A DNA stretch of 63,987 bases, the filler included, from Pelomyxa schiedti (taxonomy: Eukaryota; Protista; Evosea): the NCBI GenBank assembly GCA_020536535.1. It is 12 parts of 12 records of this genome, joined end to end, with 100 filler letters (N's around TTAATTAATTAA, not from the genome) between each part and the next. Parts side by side here need not be neighbours in the genome. Positions count along the whole stretch, not along the records: positions 19,597 to 51,334 come from JAHLWZ010000996.1; 11 more parts are not named here. One strand, 5' to 3'. Under the pieces are notes generated by a model, which saw only the letters and a program-made list of their open reading frames with translations, ran no database searches and was not told the DNA's origin. Of the stretch, positions 22,476-35,329 are shown one piece after another. Positions within the stretch are counted from its first letter, which is position 1, and the number at the start of each line of letters is the position of its first letter. Both the position numbers and the translations under genes were made by a program.

Positions 22476-24092
22476 TTAGGACTTCTTGGCAGCCTGACGA
22501 CGAGCGGCGTGGACTCTGGCCTTGTGGGCATCGAGGACTGCTGACTTGCCAAATGTCCGGGTGTTGGCTACTTCAGTGCCGGGCATCCGTATGTTGTATG
22601 CTTGTGCTGTGGAAAAAGAAGGAGTGCTGTTAGATTGAAGATTGTTTGTTGTTTGGTTTGTTGGGTTGTTGGTACCAAGATATAGGCACACGTCCTTGGC
22701 TTCCAGTACATTGGAACCTCTGTGCTTGGCAAGTTGGCAAGCAGCGGCCGTGACATTGTCAACAAAGTCGTCGGCGGCTTCTAGTAAAACCTGGTGGGGA
22801 ATATGAACTGCGAAGGAAGGTTGATTTATGTCAGACTACATCTTCAACATCGCGGTCCATCTTCTCGTTTGGGTGTATTTGTGCCAACAGCTCGTGAAGC
22901 CTAAAAAATGCAATGCCGGTGAGTGTGAGAAGCAGCATGCATGTATGTATGTATGTAGGTAGTGTTACAAACCTCCGTCTACTGAGAAGGTCGTTATCAT
23001 TTTCCGGTTCGCCGGGAATTCTTGGAGGTGGTTGAGGTGGAATAACTTGTGGAGTGGTAATGGAGGAAGTCTGAGGAACCACTTGAGGATGTTGAACCAC
23101 CGGCTGTGCATGGGTGGGGGGAGCTGTTGATTGTGTTGGATATGTATAGGTTTGATACTGCTGGGAGGTTTGTGGATAAGATGGAACATAGTTAGGGGGA
23201 GCATATTGTTGGGTTGGATACCCCGGTTGGAGCGGTTGTGGTGAATATGGCATTTGTTGGTATGGTTGTGAGTAAGGTTGAGGATATTGTTGCGGATTTT
23301 GAGGTGATGACATTGTCATTGGTTGCGTAGATTGCACCTACACGGAGAGGGAAAGAGAGATACACAAAAGCTCTACTATTAACATTTCATCAAAGTAAAA
23401 AAAAAAAAAAACTACTACAATGGGTGAGGGGTGGGGTAACGTACTTGGGGACTCTGAGCAGGCTGCGGATACCGCCCATATACCTGCATTCTCATTTGCT
23501 GTTGTTGTTGCAAGTATATTTGCTGCTGCTGGGGTGTGAGCTGCTGCAGTGTTAAGCCATTTCCCGTGGCCGCCCCCCCGACGCCGCCACCACCACCAAC
23601 CGACCCCGTGGATGTCGCTGTGGCTTGTCCCTGTTGCTGTTGTTGTAGCGGTGGCCCCATCTGTCCCTGCACCACAACACCAACGCCCTGTGACTGTGCC
23701 TGTACCTGCACCTGCTGCTGCATGGGGGTGGACGGGGACGACGGAGGGGGCTGCTGCTGCATGACCACCCCCGCCGCCCCGGGGCGGAATTGCTGTTGCT
23801 GCTGGGCGTAGAGCTGCTGTTGCTTCAGCATCAGCTGCTGCTGCTGTTGGTTGATCACCAGCTGTTGCTGCTGCGCACTGGTCACCATGCTGGCACCACT
23901 CCCCGGTTGTTGTTGCTGTTGCTGCATCATCATTGGCACGTTGGCGGACGAGGAGGAGGAGGCGACCACGGCTGTGTTTGGGGGCGGCGGTGGTGTAGTG
24001 CACGTAGGCGGCTGCGTCATCATCATCGTTGTCGGTGTGGAGGCCGTGCCTGGCTGTTGCATGCCCCCTCCGCTGTTGGTGCGCATCATCAA
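22476..24092 (-). CDS. TAF12: TFIID subunit TAF12 with a long Gln/Pro-rich N-terminus
   Basis: Spliced histone fold [78 protein letters not shown]. Confidence 0.88.
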
Positions 24093-24485
24093 TTCGCAAT
24101 CTCAAGAGCTGACTGAACTCGGGAACGGAACTCGGTCTCCCCACAGGACAGCCTAGAAGCGCCTACCAGTATGTTCGACCAAGGTTGCGGGGAGTGAGAG
24201 GGCTCGAATAAGAAAAATGACTCAAGATTTCTTCCCATAATTTGGTGTTCCAAAGAAGAGCCCCAGGCTGACGACTTCCGTCAAGTCGCAGAGTGAAACA
24301 CGCTGGGATGTAACAATCGCATATGAGAAGCGAAATTCAGATTCTCTTGACGACTGCATCAACTGCGGCCTGAGCGTACTTTTTTTTTTGGTGTTGGGTG
24401 TTATTATGTTCATTCAGACTGGGGAACAACGTAGGATATTTTGGTTTTTGTTTTGTTAAGGAGGGATGTTTGTTTGTACATGATA

Positions 24486-24710
24486 TTAGACTGAGGATGA
24501 TGACCCGTCAGTGTTATCTGTTGGTGGTGCTGTGGTCTCTGTTGCGTGTGTTGGTTCTGTGGTACTGGGTACGCTAGTGGGTGTTGGTGATTCTGTGGGT
24601 TGTGTTGGTGGTTCCGTGGTTGCGGCGGTATCATTGGTTAGTGTTGGTTGTTGGGTTGGAGTGGAATCCGGCGATGGTGCTGATGAAGCGAGGGTGTCAT
24701 TTGTGGTTGT

Positions 24711-24741
<31 letters not shown>

Positions 24742-27700
24742 GGAGTGGTGTTGGTTGTGTCTGGGGTTGCAGCACTAAAGGGCGTGAGTATGCACTTGAG
24801 TGTGCCTATTCTCAGAAGGTGCTCCCGCAGAAGCTGGTGAAGGTCTTTGGAAGAGTCATACACCAGAAGGTCACAAAACAGGGTGTAAAATTTGCTCAGG
24901 TGCTTTAGGTACTAGGTTTATGTGAGTATCGGGAAAGGCGAAACGTCCAACAAACTTGTTCGTCTGCTGTGCGAAGTAGGCCGCGGAGAATGAGCATGAC
25001 GAGCGGTAGTCTCATTTCTGTATCCCGTTGAAAGCCCAGGAAACTTTTCAGAATCCAGCAGCAGTAACTTCAGTGTTGTCAGAAGTGTGGAAAAAAACGT
25101 GCATGCACACTCGATTAGTATTGGTTCAGAAAGTTGCATTCGAGCCTCGCAGTCTGTTTCAGACTCAGAGTAAAGGTGGAACAGTACGTTGAGGTACGAT
25201 GATATGGTTTCCTGTTCTCGTTTAAGGAGTAACTGTTCGAGACCTGGTAACTGTAAGAGGAATCGTGGGAAATTGGTTTAACCATGGCTTTTTGCTAGTT
25301 CTCTGGTCTGTTGATCATCGTTCAGGGATGTAATGAGCTCACATGACTTGGACAGAATCTGTAATAATGCTGAAAGGTGTGGCGTGGACAAATGGCGGTA
25401 TTGCTTGAAAGTAATTTCTTCAATGGCTGCTATGACTCGCCGGTGTACCTCCTGCTTTGCCTGGAGAATGACTACTTTGTTGTTAGGCACTCCAAGCATT
25501 TTGTGGCAGTTTCACCTGATGACGTATGGGCAGCAGACTTCCTTAAGGGAACCCCTTTAAATGCACTTGTGGCTGGTGCTTTCGTGTCTGCAGTTGCAGC
25601 GGCCGAGGACGCCTTAGATGGATCTACCGGGGAACTTGACGTGGAGATGGCGGAAACTGGTTTGTTTGATGAAGAACCTGTGGAATTAAGTTGAGTCACA
25701 CAGTTTAATTTGTGTCGTGCCCAATCGTCATGCTGGCAAGTGACAGAGCAATACCTGTTGGAGAGTAAATGGAATGTGGAACTCGGACCATTACCATATG
25801 GAGCTGCAAAGACTGCATCTGAGAAGTGGTTTGGAGTCAGAAGAAATTTTGCACATGGCACAGTATCGTGTTTCTGCAAGAAGATAAGAAGATTAAAGGA
25901 GACCGGAGATACGCCGTTTTGCATTACCTGGAGAGGTTGATTGCCCCGGAGATGAAGGCACTTCGGAAGCTACAGTTTGATCTGCCGGTGTATCCGTTCG
26001 TTTTGGAGTGGTATCGCTTGCCTTGTTTGACTCCGCTTCTTTTGTAGCTGGTAGCGTTAGTAAATGGGCATATATTGGCGAGGAATACCATTCAGAAGAG
26101 ACCTTGCCTGCTGCTGGGCAAGTAAAAAGGATGTGAGGGTTTCCGAATTTCTATCTACAACCAGAGCAATTTGTTGCAAGATAGTGTCCCACTGTGAGGA
26201 ACTGAATTTGGTACCATTGTCCATTACAAGTTGTAGAAGACTTGAACAGCCGATCTGTGCCAGAAGTTTGTTGTCTACAGGAGTCAGTCTGTGCTACAAG
26301 ATAATGTAGAAACCTTGTAGAATGAACGTTACAAGAATATCCAGAACGTCATTCATCAGAAAATCAATTGTGCGGAAAAACTGAGAAAAAACGGAAATAA
26401 AAGCCTGCACTACATGGGCACATGTTTTTTTTAGCCAAGCATTATCCTACACAATGTTAACAAATACATCAATCAATACAATATAAATGGTGCATACAGC
26501 TTCGCAGACAACTGCTTCTCTGTGAGAGTACCCAACGTTGCTAAAGATAGGAACAAGGACACCTCTGAATATAAGTTCCCAAAGTTTGGGTGAAAAGGCA
26601 TTTCCAGAGTTCGACAGTATTCCATTGAATAGAACTGTCATGGAACTGGGTTTGGTGAGGGAAAATTACCAAATTTGACACATACCTGCTTCTTACATCA
26701 ACGTGGGGATTGGAAATCATTCCAGCTATTCCAGTGAGTATTGGAAACCATACACCAAGGTGAGCAACGGAATCGGTAAAAAGGTAGACAGGTCCCTCCT
26801 CTCCCGTGGAAGTAGAATCTGCCAACTGGGGATCATCCCCTTTAACAGGAGGATTGCCAGCAGCTAAGTTTGCCGCGCAATTATGGAGCAGAGCAACCGC
26901 CCGTAAACTGAGAAAGTAAACGAAATTGACAACAGTAGTAAGCAGCTTACCTAATGTCAGGAAAAGGCCTGTTATTCCCAAACATGATGAGACAATTGAC
27001 AGCTTCAACAAAGAAATTTGGAGCAATAAGGTCATAGTGTCTTTTCATGACATCTGCCACAATGTCGAAGGCAAGAGAGAGTATATTTTCTAAGGTTCAT
27101 TGTTAAAAAAAGAAAGCAGGTGAAACACAAAACTACCTTCGTCATTGGCAGCTAAACTCAAAATAACAAATATGCTCTTCCAACCAGATTTTATGTGAGA
27201 TGCACTGTGCATTATCATTCTTTGAATGCACCCTAGAACCTTTTATATTACAAGAAAAGATCAGAAGAAGAACCCCGTGATGAAGAACATACAAATTCTC
27301 TAATGCGCGGCACACATTTAGAAGCCATCACAAACTCAAAAGGTTTGAAGAATTCCTTCTGGAAGTGATAATTAGCTAATTCCTCTTTCTGAAGGAATTG
27401 AAATGCAAGTTGTTTCAGAGAGTTGATGGCATAGATGGCAACGTCGGGATTAGGGTGAGTTCCAGTCTAAAATAATATTGGTATGGAAAAGCGGCTGAGA
27501 ATTTGACTCACTTGAATGAAGTGTTCCTGCAATATTGACCAGATCTCACTCCACACAAACCGCATCCTATTCATATTAAATGTTGCCACCTCCACTACTT
27601 TCTGGAGTGAAAAGATGCGCGGAAGAGGCCCGTTGATTTCTGCAAGAGAAACCTGGCAAAGACTTCTGACGAAGTGAACCACAGCATGCTTTTTATTTGT

Positions 27701-30700
27701 TTGTTAGGGTTTAATTAATTACGCTATGTTGGAACCTGATTTAAGTAGGCAGAATCAGAGTAAATTTTATCCACAACCCCACTGTCAATTTCGGAAATTA
27801 CCGCCCTCGAGTTGGCGGATTCTAATACTGCGGACTGAGCAGAGGGCTTAGAGAACACCTCTGGTGTACTTGATAGGGCTAGCGACTTATGGGAGTCTGC
27901 CCGTTTGAGAGGTGTACTAAGTATGTGTTAAAGTGAATTAAAATTTCATCTCAAAATACGTTGGTTCAGGTAGTAACATAACCTCCGCTTTCACTCCAGC
28001 ACCTATTAAGTGTAGACGTTCCAGGAGAGATATACAATGCAGAACCTTAAAAATGTTGGAGAGGAAAGTTTTGACTCGCACTCACTGTTGCCCAGGAATC
28101 TCGCAGGAAGTTTCCATCTTCTTGGGCAATGGTAATCATAGTTCGAATAGCACCAATATTCTTTGCTTTTATCTCTCGGAGGTTATTCAGGAAGGTAAAC
28201 TTCTCTAAAGCAGCAATGAAAGTATTTCTCTCTAAATCCATAAAGAAGATCCCAGCAACTCGTATGCCATATCTGAACCCACTCAAACATAAGTCGATTA
28301 TTTGTTGGTCCTGTGGTGTAATGAGAGTTGGTTTTCGTGAATATGTAACAACTTCACTGGATTCTAGAAGGATAGAAAAAGAGACAACTGCGGAAGGCCA
28401 GAGAATCTCGAACATAGGACGCACATATTCAATGTTTGTTGTGTGAAAAAACGTTTGTCGCTGTTTGGTGGCGGGATCGGAAAGTAATTTCTAGTCTCTG
28501 TTAAAAGATGCACCACACATCAAAACTGTTCGTACCAAAGATGAATCCACCCACTGAAGTTTTTCATCTAGGTATGTCAGGGGCTTTCCGGCTTGATCGG
28601 GTACAACAGGAGCTTGGCCGCTCACCTCCAGGACAAACTTCTCAGCTTTGATTCGGTCATATATGCCTTGAAGATATGGTTCTTTTAACCCCAACTACAC
28701 GTTGTCAGTTCAAAGAAAATCAAGTAATGTTGCAGTACTTTAAGGTCCGTATTAATCATCTTAAACCAGTCAGCGAGAGTAAGTTTGTTTTTTATCCTTG
28801 GGCTGTGAAGGTCGGTTGCGGCCATCATACATGCAAAACCCAACTTATACACACAATCTGAAACCAAAAAAGAAAACGAAAACGCAATGTCAAAGGAAAT
28901 CCTAACAAAAAATTGACTGTATACCGGCATCAGATAAGCAAGTAGTTGGGTTATCTCTGAAGTAGCACGCACCAAAGTTTTCCATAATTCTGTCAATAAC
29001 CTGTGCTTCACCAGAGAGGACAAATTTGCCAAGAAGTTTTCTTGTGAAGGTTACCATAAAACACAAAATATATCCATCCCTACTATATCCATCCCTACCT
29101 CAAAGCTTCATCTATCTCAAGGTGCGGAAAATCGAGACAATTCACATATGCCTTCAAAACGGCTTTATTCCAAGGTTTACTAACAAACATCAATCATTAA
29201 GAAGCGTTCACGATCCTACCTTCCACAGATCACTTCACCAAGGCTTTTTTTGTCTAGTCCCTCTGTCACCGAGAGGAATTTCCCAATTGCTTCTGGTGTA
29301 TCTTCTTCTATCATCCCCGCTTTTATGTAGAAGCCTATGCCCTAGAAATCCTTAGCACCAACAAAAGAAATTAGGGGCTACATTTCGTGGAGCTAGAGCA
29401 AATCGAGTGCGGCCCTCCTCCATGGTTGCCTTTAGCTGTTTTTGCCTTCTAAAAGTGTCCACCGATTGTCCTCCAACTTCTTCAGTAGGAAGAATATTGA
29501 TTTCTGGAGGACTGTGAACGGTTAAATCAGAACTAGATGTATCCTCGGAATCATCGTGTTCTGTGTCATTTTCTATGTGATTGATGAGCAGGGTTTTGTT
29601 TCTTTTAAACGCAGGTATCACTTGAATTGTCATCTTGTTCGGAGGTACCCAGTTCCTTACTCCATTCAACCAGTGACTTCATGATAGTAACAAGGCATTC
29701 TAACCCTTGCTTTTTAAGAGCAATATCCTGTTTGTTGTGAGTGGCATGTTCCGGTGAAAAAGGTTAGACCTGAGCAGGTGATGTCCACTGTATAGAGGTT
29801 GTTCCCTGAGCAATTTTACTCAAATCGTTGACCATTCTAAAGAAATTTCAGAAACGAGGAAATCTGCCTGAGACAAGCTACCTTTCAAAGATGTCTGTAC
29901 TATTCATGTCGCAGTCATAGTTGAGGTATAAATCAACGAGTGTGGTTGGTTCTTTGCACAGGTCAAACAGTAGCTTCAGAACCATCCACTTATGTTGCAA
30001 ACTACTATTTGGGCTCTCCAAGATACTCAAGAAAATGTTGGAAAAAAATATTCCAATTTCGTTCTGAGGTAAGGTTGAGTAGTACTCCTGAATGGAAGGA
30101 TACAACCTTTAAAGGCTCTTTGAACATATTAACAAGTTGGGTGAAAATGTTGATACTCAGTTTGAAGACTTTTGGAAGTGAGCTAACCCCATTTCGCAAA
30201 AGTGACGGGCACAGATGCTTGCCCATGATTAGTCAACGAAGTATATCAAATAAGTATGCATACTTTCTTTATTCCATGCGTTATGAACCTTGGGTCATGA
30301 CAGAAACCAGGCCCAGCGTTTGCAAGTATGTATTCAAGTAATTCCAGGGAAAGAACTTTACTCTTGAAGTTGATCGTGTTTCCCGTTTGGTCTCCCTGGC
30401 TAGAAGAAATTAAAGACATTGAAGGAATGGAATTCATACTCATCGGCGTTGTCTTTCATTGAGAGCTTGCACAGTGCGCGGAAGAGAAGGAAACAGTCAG
30501 CAAAAATAAGCTCAACACGGTCTCTTGTGTGTTGAACAGGAGGCCTCAAAGTAATTAGATTCAGGGATTTTAGACGATTTTTAGGGATATGAGAGTGGTT
30601 TGACTTCTTTTTTTTTGCATTCATACTTTGTGTCAGAAGGAGGCACTGTTTCAGGTGTTTCTTTTGTTGACAATAAAGCACTTGTATCAGGTTCTGAGGC

Positions 30701-32154
30701 CATCCTTTCTATTTCAGATGTTGGTAAAACATCTTTGTGGGTTGTTGATGAGGCTCCATCAGGAGTGTCTGATGTATTTGCAGGTGAGGAAGATTGAACT
30801 TGGGAAGTTTGTGGCGTCTCCAAGGATTTGTTTGGTGAGGCTATGGCTGGAGTCACCACAGGCGGCACAGATTCATCAGGTGTAGCCTAATAAAAAAAAA
30901 AAAAGAAGATAAGAAAAAGGGTACCAATCAGTCGAGTGTACCAGTGGAGTTGTACTGAGAGAAGGAGTGGTGGTCAGAGTAATAGGTGTGGTGGGAATAG
31001 GTGTGGATGATTCTATTGATGATGTTCCTGTAGTATCAGGTCTCCGCCTTGCATTGTATTCAGTTTCATGAAGGCCTGTCACATAGGATAGCATTTGCTG
31101 AAGGATTGTCTTGGCAGTTGTTGTGTTGACCTGGGTGATACTGACAAGATAGACATTGTACGTTGTGCGGACAGCGGCCATTAACGCTGCATCATGTATA
31201 TCACAACAGGGAGTCGTTACTGCAAGAAGCAGCACCTGGTTTTTTTTTTGTTTTTTGTTTTTTGTTTTTAACTAAAATACAAAGTGGAAAATGTGACGTT
31301 CCATTTACCTGAATTATGCTCATCTGTGAAACTGGGTCTTGTTGATCGAAACAGCTGTTCGTCATATCCACTACCCAGTCAACAGTTTTTCGAGTCTGCC
31401 CAGCGTCATCAGTGCATGTTCCATGTATTACTCCATGAGTGATGAGTTTCTGTTGTTCCACAGCCACATTCAAATTAGAGAGCGAGTACTCTGGGATGAA
31501 TGTACCCTGAGAATCTCCAAAGCAGGGGAGACTACTTTTGGAGACTTTGTCTCGCAGGCATACTTGGCTGTTTCGAGTATTTTGGTTACCAGAGGATTAC
31601 AAGGCTCATTGGAGAGAACACTTTCGTTTTCCCTGTTATCTCATTAACAAGAAAATGGGCAGGATTCAACGCTACTGTGCGGGAGGGAGTGTTTTCTTCA
31701 ACAATTCTATAAAATAAAAGTGAGTCACCAATGTAATTAGCATTAAGGAGCAGCGAAGCAGAAACTCTAAATTTGGAGACTCACCAAGTAAATCCTTCGT
31801 GGATTGTTTCAGCTTTGTGTGCTTACGAGCAGTAGCCTTCTGTATATCAGTGAGGGCTCTCGTAAGAAACGCCTGCAGCGCCACTGGCGTCATTTTTACG
31901 GTAGCGGGGGCAGGTGTCCCAGGTGTACTACCACTAGTACCTACTAACATGTCAATATTTGGTCTGTTGTTTGCTCAAAGTGCATTGGGTATTGGTTTCA
32001 TTAACGTTTAGTATTTTAAAAGAAAAAGTCGCACACAAACGTAAAAGTAAAAAGGAACAAAACAAAGAAGAGAAACCAGGTTATGGGATGTTGGTGTTTG
32101 GGTACCGGTTGTTGTCGCTGGTGCCGCGGCTGTCCCCGTCGTTGTCGACGCCAT
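24486..32154 (-). CDS. BIG/Sec7-family large Arf guanine-nucleotide exchange factor
   Basis: DCB region (AAVRTTYNVYL..NTTTAKTILQQML, DCFLLFRALCKLSMK, KSKVLSLELL). HUS box (LVDLYLNYDCD..DIFER). Sec7 domain (FVLSGEAQVIDRIMESF, ATDLHSPRIKNKLT, YLQGIYDRI). HDS domains (RIFSLQKVVEVATFNMNRMRFVWSEIW, WFPIL, LWELIFRGVLVPIF). Confidence 0.93.
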
Positions 32155-32333
32155 CAAAAACTTTTCTTTCGTTCGTTCAATGAGAAAGAAAAAAAAATTT
32201 GTTTGATGGCTCGGGCTAAACGAGAAGGCTCCAAGAAAAAACAAAACTCAAACCCTCTGTCTGTGATTTGTATGTACAATTGAATGGTCGATTTCTTTCG
32301 CCTTGTTTTTGGGCATTCAATGAGAACATTCCA

Positions 32334-33089
32334 TCAGTGACCCTCTGCAGTTACCTTTGCCTTTGGGGCATTGGCCTCCTCAGAATATATCTGGAATAGT
32401 TGGTACAAAGCCTAGGCTACCAGTAGTGAGTGCACTGGGAACGGGTACCTTGTCCTTGATGTCATCAGGCATCGGCCTCTTTTTGTCAGGCACCGCGGTA
32501 CTTTCATCATCAGCACCCTCCTGATTAATGTTACAATCAGTACTGCTTGTGTGTTAGTTCGGTACAGTATTGCCGATGTTCTTCTCTTCGTTGTCAGTCT
32601 GTTCCTGGGCGGGTTTGTCCCCTTCGCATGTAACTCTTGGTGTAGTTGAGGTTGACTCGCAAGAGGTTGGTGTTTTTTGGTCTTCGGGAGTGTCTTTCTC
32701 GACTGGGGGTGGTTCTACACTAGTATTTACTCCATCTCCCTTTCAATTGGTTAATGAAGAGGTAATACAAAAGGGAGTGCGGATACCTGCAGCTCGGTAA
32801 CAATTGAGTTGTCCACAACCCACCTAATTTCGAGTAAATATGAGAGGGAGAAACGTAAGGAAAGATACGAGTGAGATTCCAGCACTGTTTCAACAACGTC
32901 AGACTTGTCTGGGAAAAGCCTTTTCACAACATCGACAATGGCATCTCTTGTCGGACTGTCGGGCTTCTCTGCTTCTTCTTCCTTGGGAGATCTCTTTTTG
33001 CAACATTTATGTGAGCACCTTGACTTGTCCTTGCATCTGTGTTTGCAGGCCGAGCTTTCCGCTGTCGGTGATGTAGCTGCCGTTGCCAT
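32334..33089 (-). CDS. Small protein with a CxHxCKDKxxCxHxCC motif and a CUE/CoCUN-like helical motif
   Basis: N-terminal CKHRCKDKSRCSHKCCK, then spliced IVDVVKRLFPDKSDVVETVLESHSWVVDNSIVTEL. Confidence 0.55.
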
Positions 33090-33169
33090 TAGTTAAAGAT
33101 CTCTATGCGCCCACGTTGATTCTGTTGTATGTATCCCAACAATTTGTTTGTTAAAGTGAGTTTGCTTTT

Positions 33170-35251
33170 TGGCACATCGACGATCTATGTTGCGCCTGGT
33201 TTTTTGGATGACATATTGTCAGGCACTTTATGTTGCCTCACTCAAATTGCAATTTGTTGGCAACATTAAGTTCCCCGACCGCAACAACGTCAACGAAACG
33301 GCACTTGTTTGTTTTTCATGGAGCGTGTATTACTGTGGTTGGCATTTCATTTTCTAACACTTTCTCCAAACCCAAATCAGATATTGCTTGTTCCGCTATT
33401 AACAGTGTGCCCTCACAGAATTCTGCAAAGCATTCTTCACAATCCTGAATGGAACCAATGTTAAAAACACAGAAAACAAACAAAAAAACAGCAAGAAAAC
33501 CTCCGCCCGGTTCCCCGCATAATTGCCGGTTGTTGTGGCTTTCGTAATAACCTTCACGAAATGGTGTCTGAGGCACCTTGATGAAAAGTTACTGGTGCAT
33601 AAACAAAGGGGAATGGGTTTTCAACCTATTCCATATTATTCCAAGAGCCAAGGAGTGCAAGCGGTTACATAGTCTCTCACGTTCTAAGAAAACAAGTAAC
33701 TTGTCATGGAACTTATGAAACAGGTACTGCATGACATCAAGTCAGTAATAGAGAGAAAGAGCTTGCCATACTTGAGGTATCCCCTCAGCGCTGTCAACGA
33801 AGTTCCACAGCCTGGCCAACAGTATAAGAAGTTCAAGTTCAGACAGCCGATGTGAGGTTCTTTGTTCCTTTCCCAAGGTTGTCAATTGTGTATTTTGTGT
33901 TTAGTCGTACAGTTGTAAAATGGGAATCGAACTTCCGGATTTCTCTTTTTGCCAGGTCCTCCTTGCGGGAAGAGGAAATTACTTGCGATTGTGAAGGCAT
34001 CTCGAACGTCATCGGGCAGAACATCATGAGTTTTCGCGACGATGTCGCGCAGAGACGTAGCTTCCAGTGACGTCTTTCTTGTTGAGATTGTAAATATTGG
34101 TTGGTTTTGAGAAGCTCTACCTGCTGGTGACAGTTCCCACAAGTAGCGATCATTTTTCGTTTTTGGATGAAAAGTTCGTCACTGCCACAATGCGGGCAAT
34201 CAAATAAGTTAAACATCGGCAAGTGCATTCCCANNNNNNNNNNNNNNNNNNNNNNNNNNNNNNNNNNNNNNNNNNNNNNNNNNNNNNNNNNNNNNNNNNN
34301 NNNNNNNNNNNNNNNNNNNNNNNNNNNNNNNNNAGCTCTACCTGCTGGTGACAGTTCCCACAAGTAGCGATCATTTTTCGTTTTTGGATGAAAAGTTCGT
34401 CACTGCCACAATGCGGGCAATCAAATAAGTTAAACATCGGCAAGTGCATTCCCAACACGGCGTCGTAGCACCTTAATTAAGGTCAGCCACCGTCTCATAT
34501 GATATTAGTACCCAAGGAGACGGGGAAAGTGTAAGTTATCTATGAAAGGCTTCAGAGTGGTTCTCTCCTGTAAACTACTGATGTCAGCCTTGCTTATAAT
34601 GCAAACTACAGGAAGATTCTTGAGATGAGGTGGTAGGTCTGGTACTGTTATCAACTGAGACAGAGAGGAGCTGATTACATACCTTTCCAATGAATGTTAG
34701 GTCATATTAGACAAGCAGTTGGTTGGTTACCATATAACGTGCATTGTGTCCTCAGTATGATGGGGATCGAGGTTCGATCTGAAAATTTCTTTCAAGGAAG
34801 AAATGGAGTATTGGGCCCATCCGTCATTCACAACATAAACCTCGTAGACTGAAACCGGCAATCCAGCTAAATTATGGCATTTAATGTGGGTCCTTGGAGG
34901 AACCGGCTCCTTGGCGCAATTGGTACCAAAAATGCTGTCAATCAGGGAACTCTTCCCAGAGCTTCACGGCATTCAATAAGGGAAATACAAATGGAACACA
35001 AACCCAGTGTTACCAACAACCAGAATATTGGGTTTCACAGTGCGCCTAACCACACGTGCACATGCCTCCCTCATGTCACACTCCACATCATCATTATCAT
35101 CACCTGTACCTTATTGTTATACCTTTGTTTCATTAACTTAACACGCAAACTTCTTAAGAACTCAAAACTCACCAGGTGTGTGAACTGGCTCAGTCCCATA
35201 ATCGCCGTCAATGTCACCACCACAGCCCCGAATTACTGGCTCCGCGCTCAT
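33170..35251 (-). CDS. P-loop GTPase (MMR_HSR1/DUF697-associated type) followed by a CxxC..CxxC zinc ribbon
   Basis: Spliced KPNILVVGNTGSGKSSLIDSIFG, HVIWYVI and LPVVCIISKAD (G4-like), then CPHCGSDELF..ATCGNCHQ. The 3' end is approximate and the gene spans a scaffold gap. Confidence 0.65.
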
Positions 35252-35329
35252 GTCACAAACAAGTTTTTTTTTATTCGTTTCTTTAACGAAACGGTGTCAT
35301 CACAGAAACTGGGTGGTGAGTTGAATTTT

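Noticed and set aside
34116-34452. ~118-bp direct repeat on both sides of the 100-N gap
   Set aside because: The copies are identical and abut the gap, so this is unmerged contig overlap rather than a tandem duplication.
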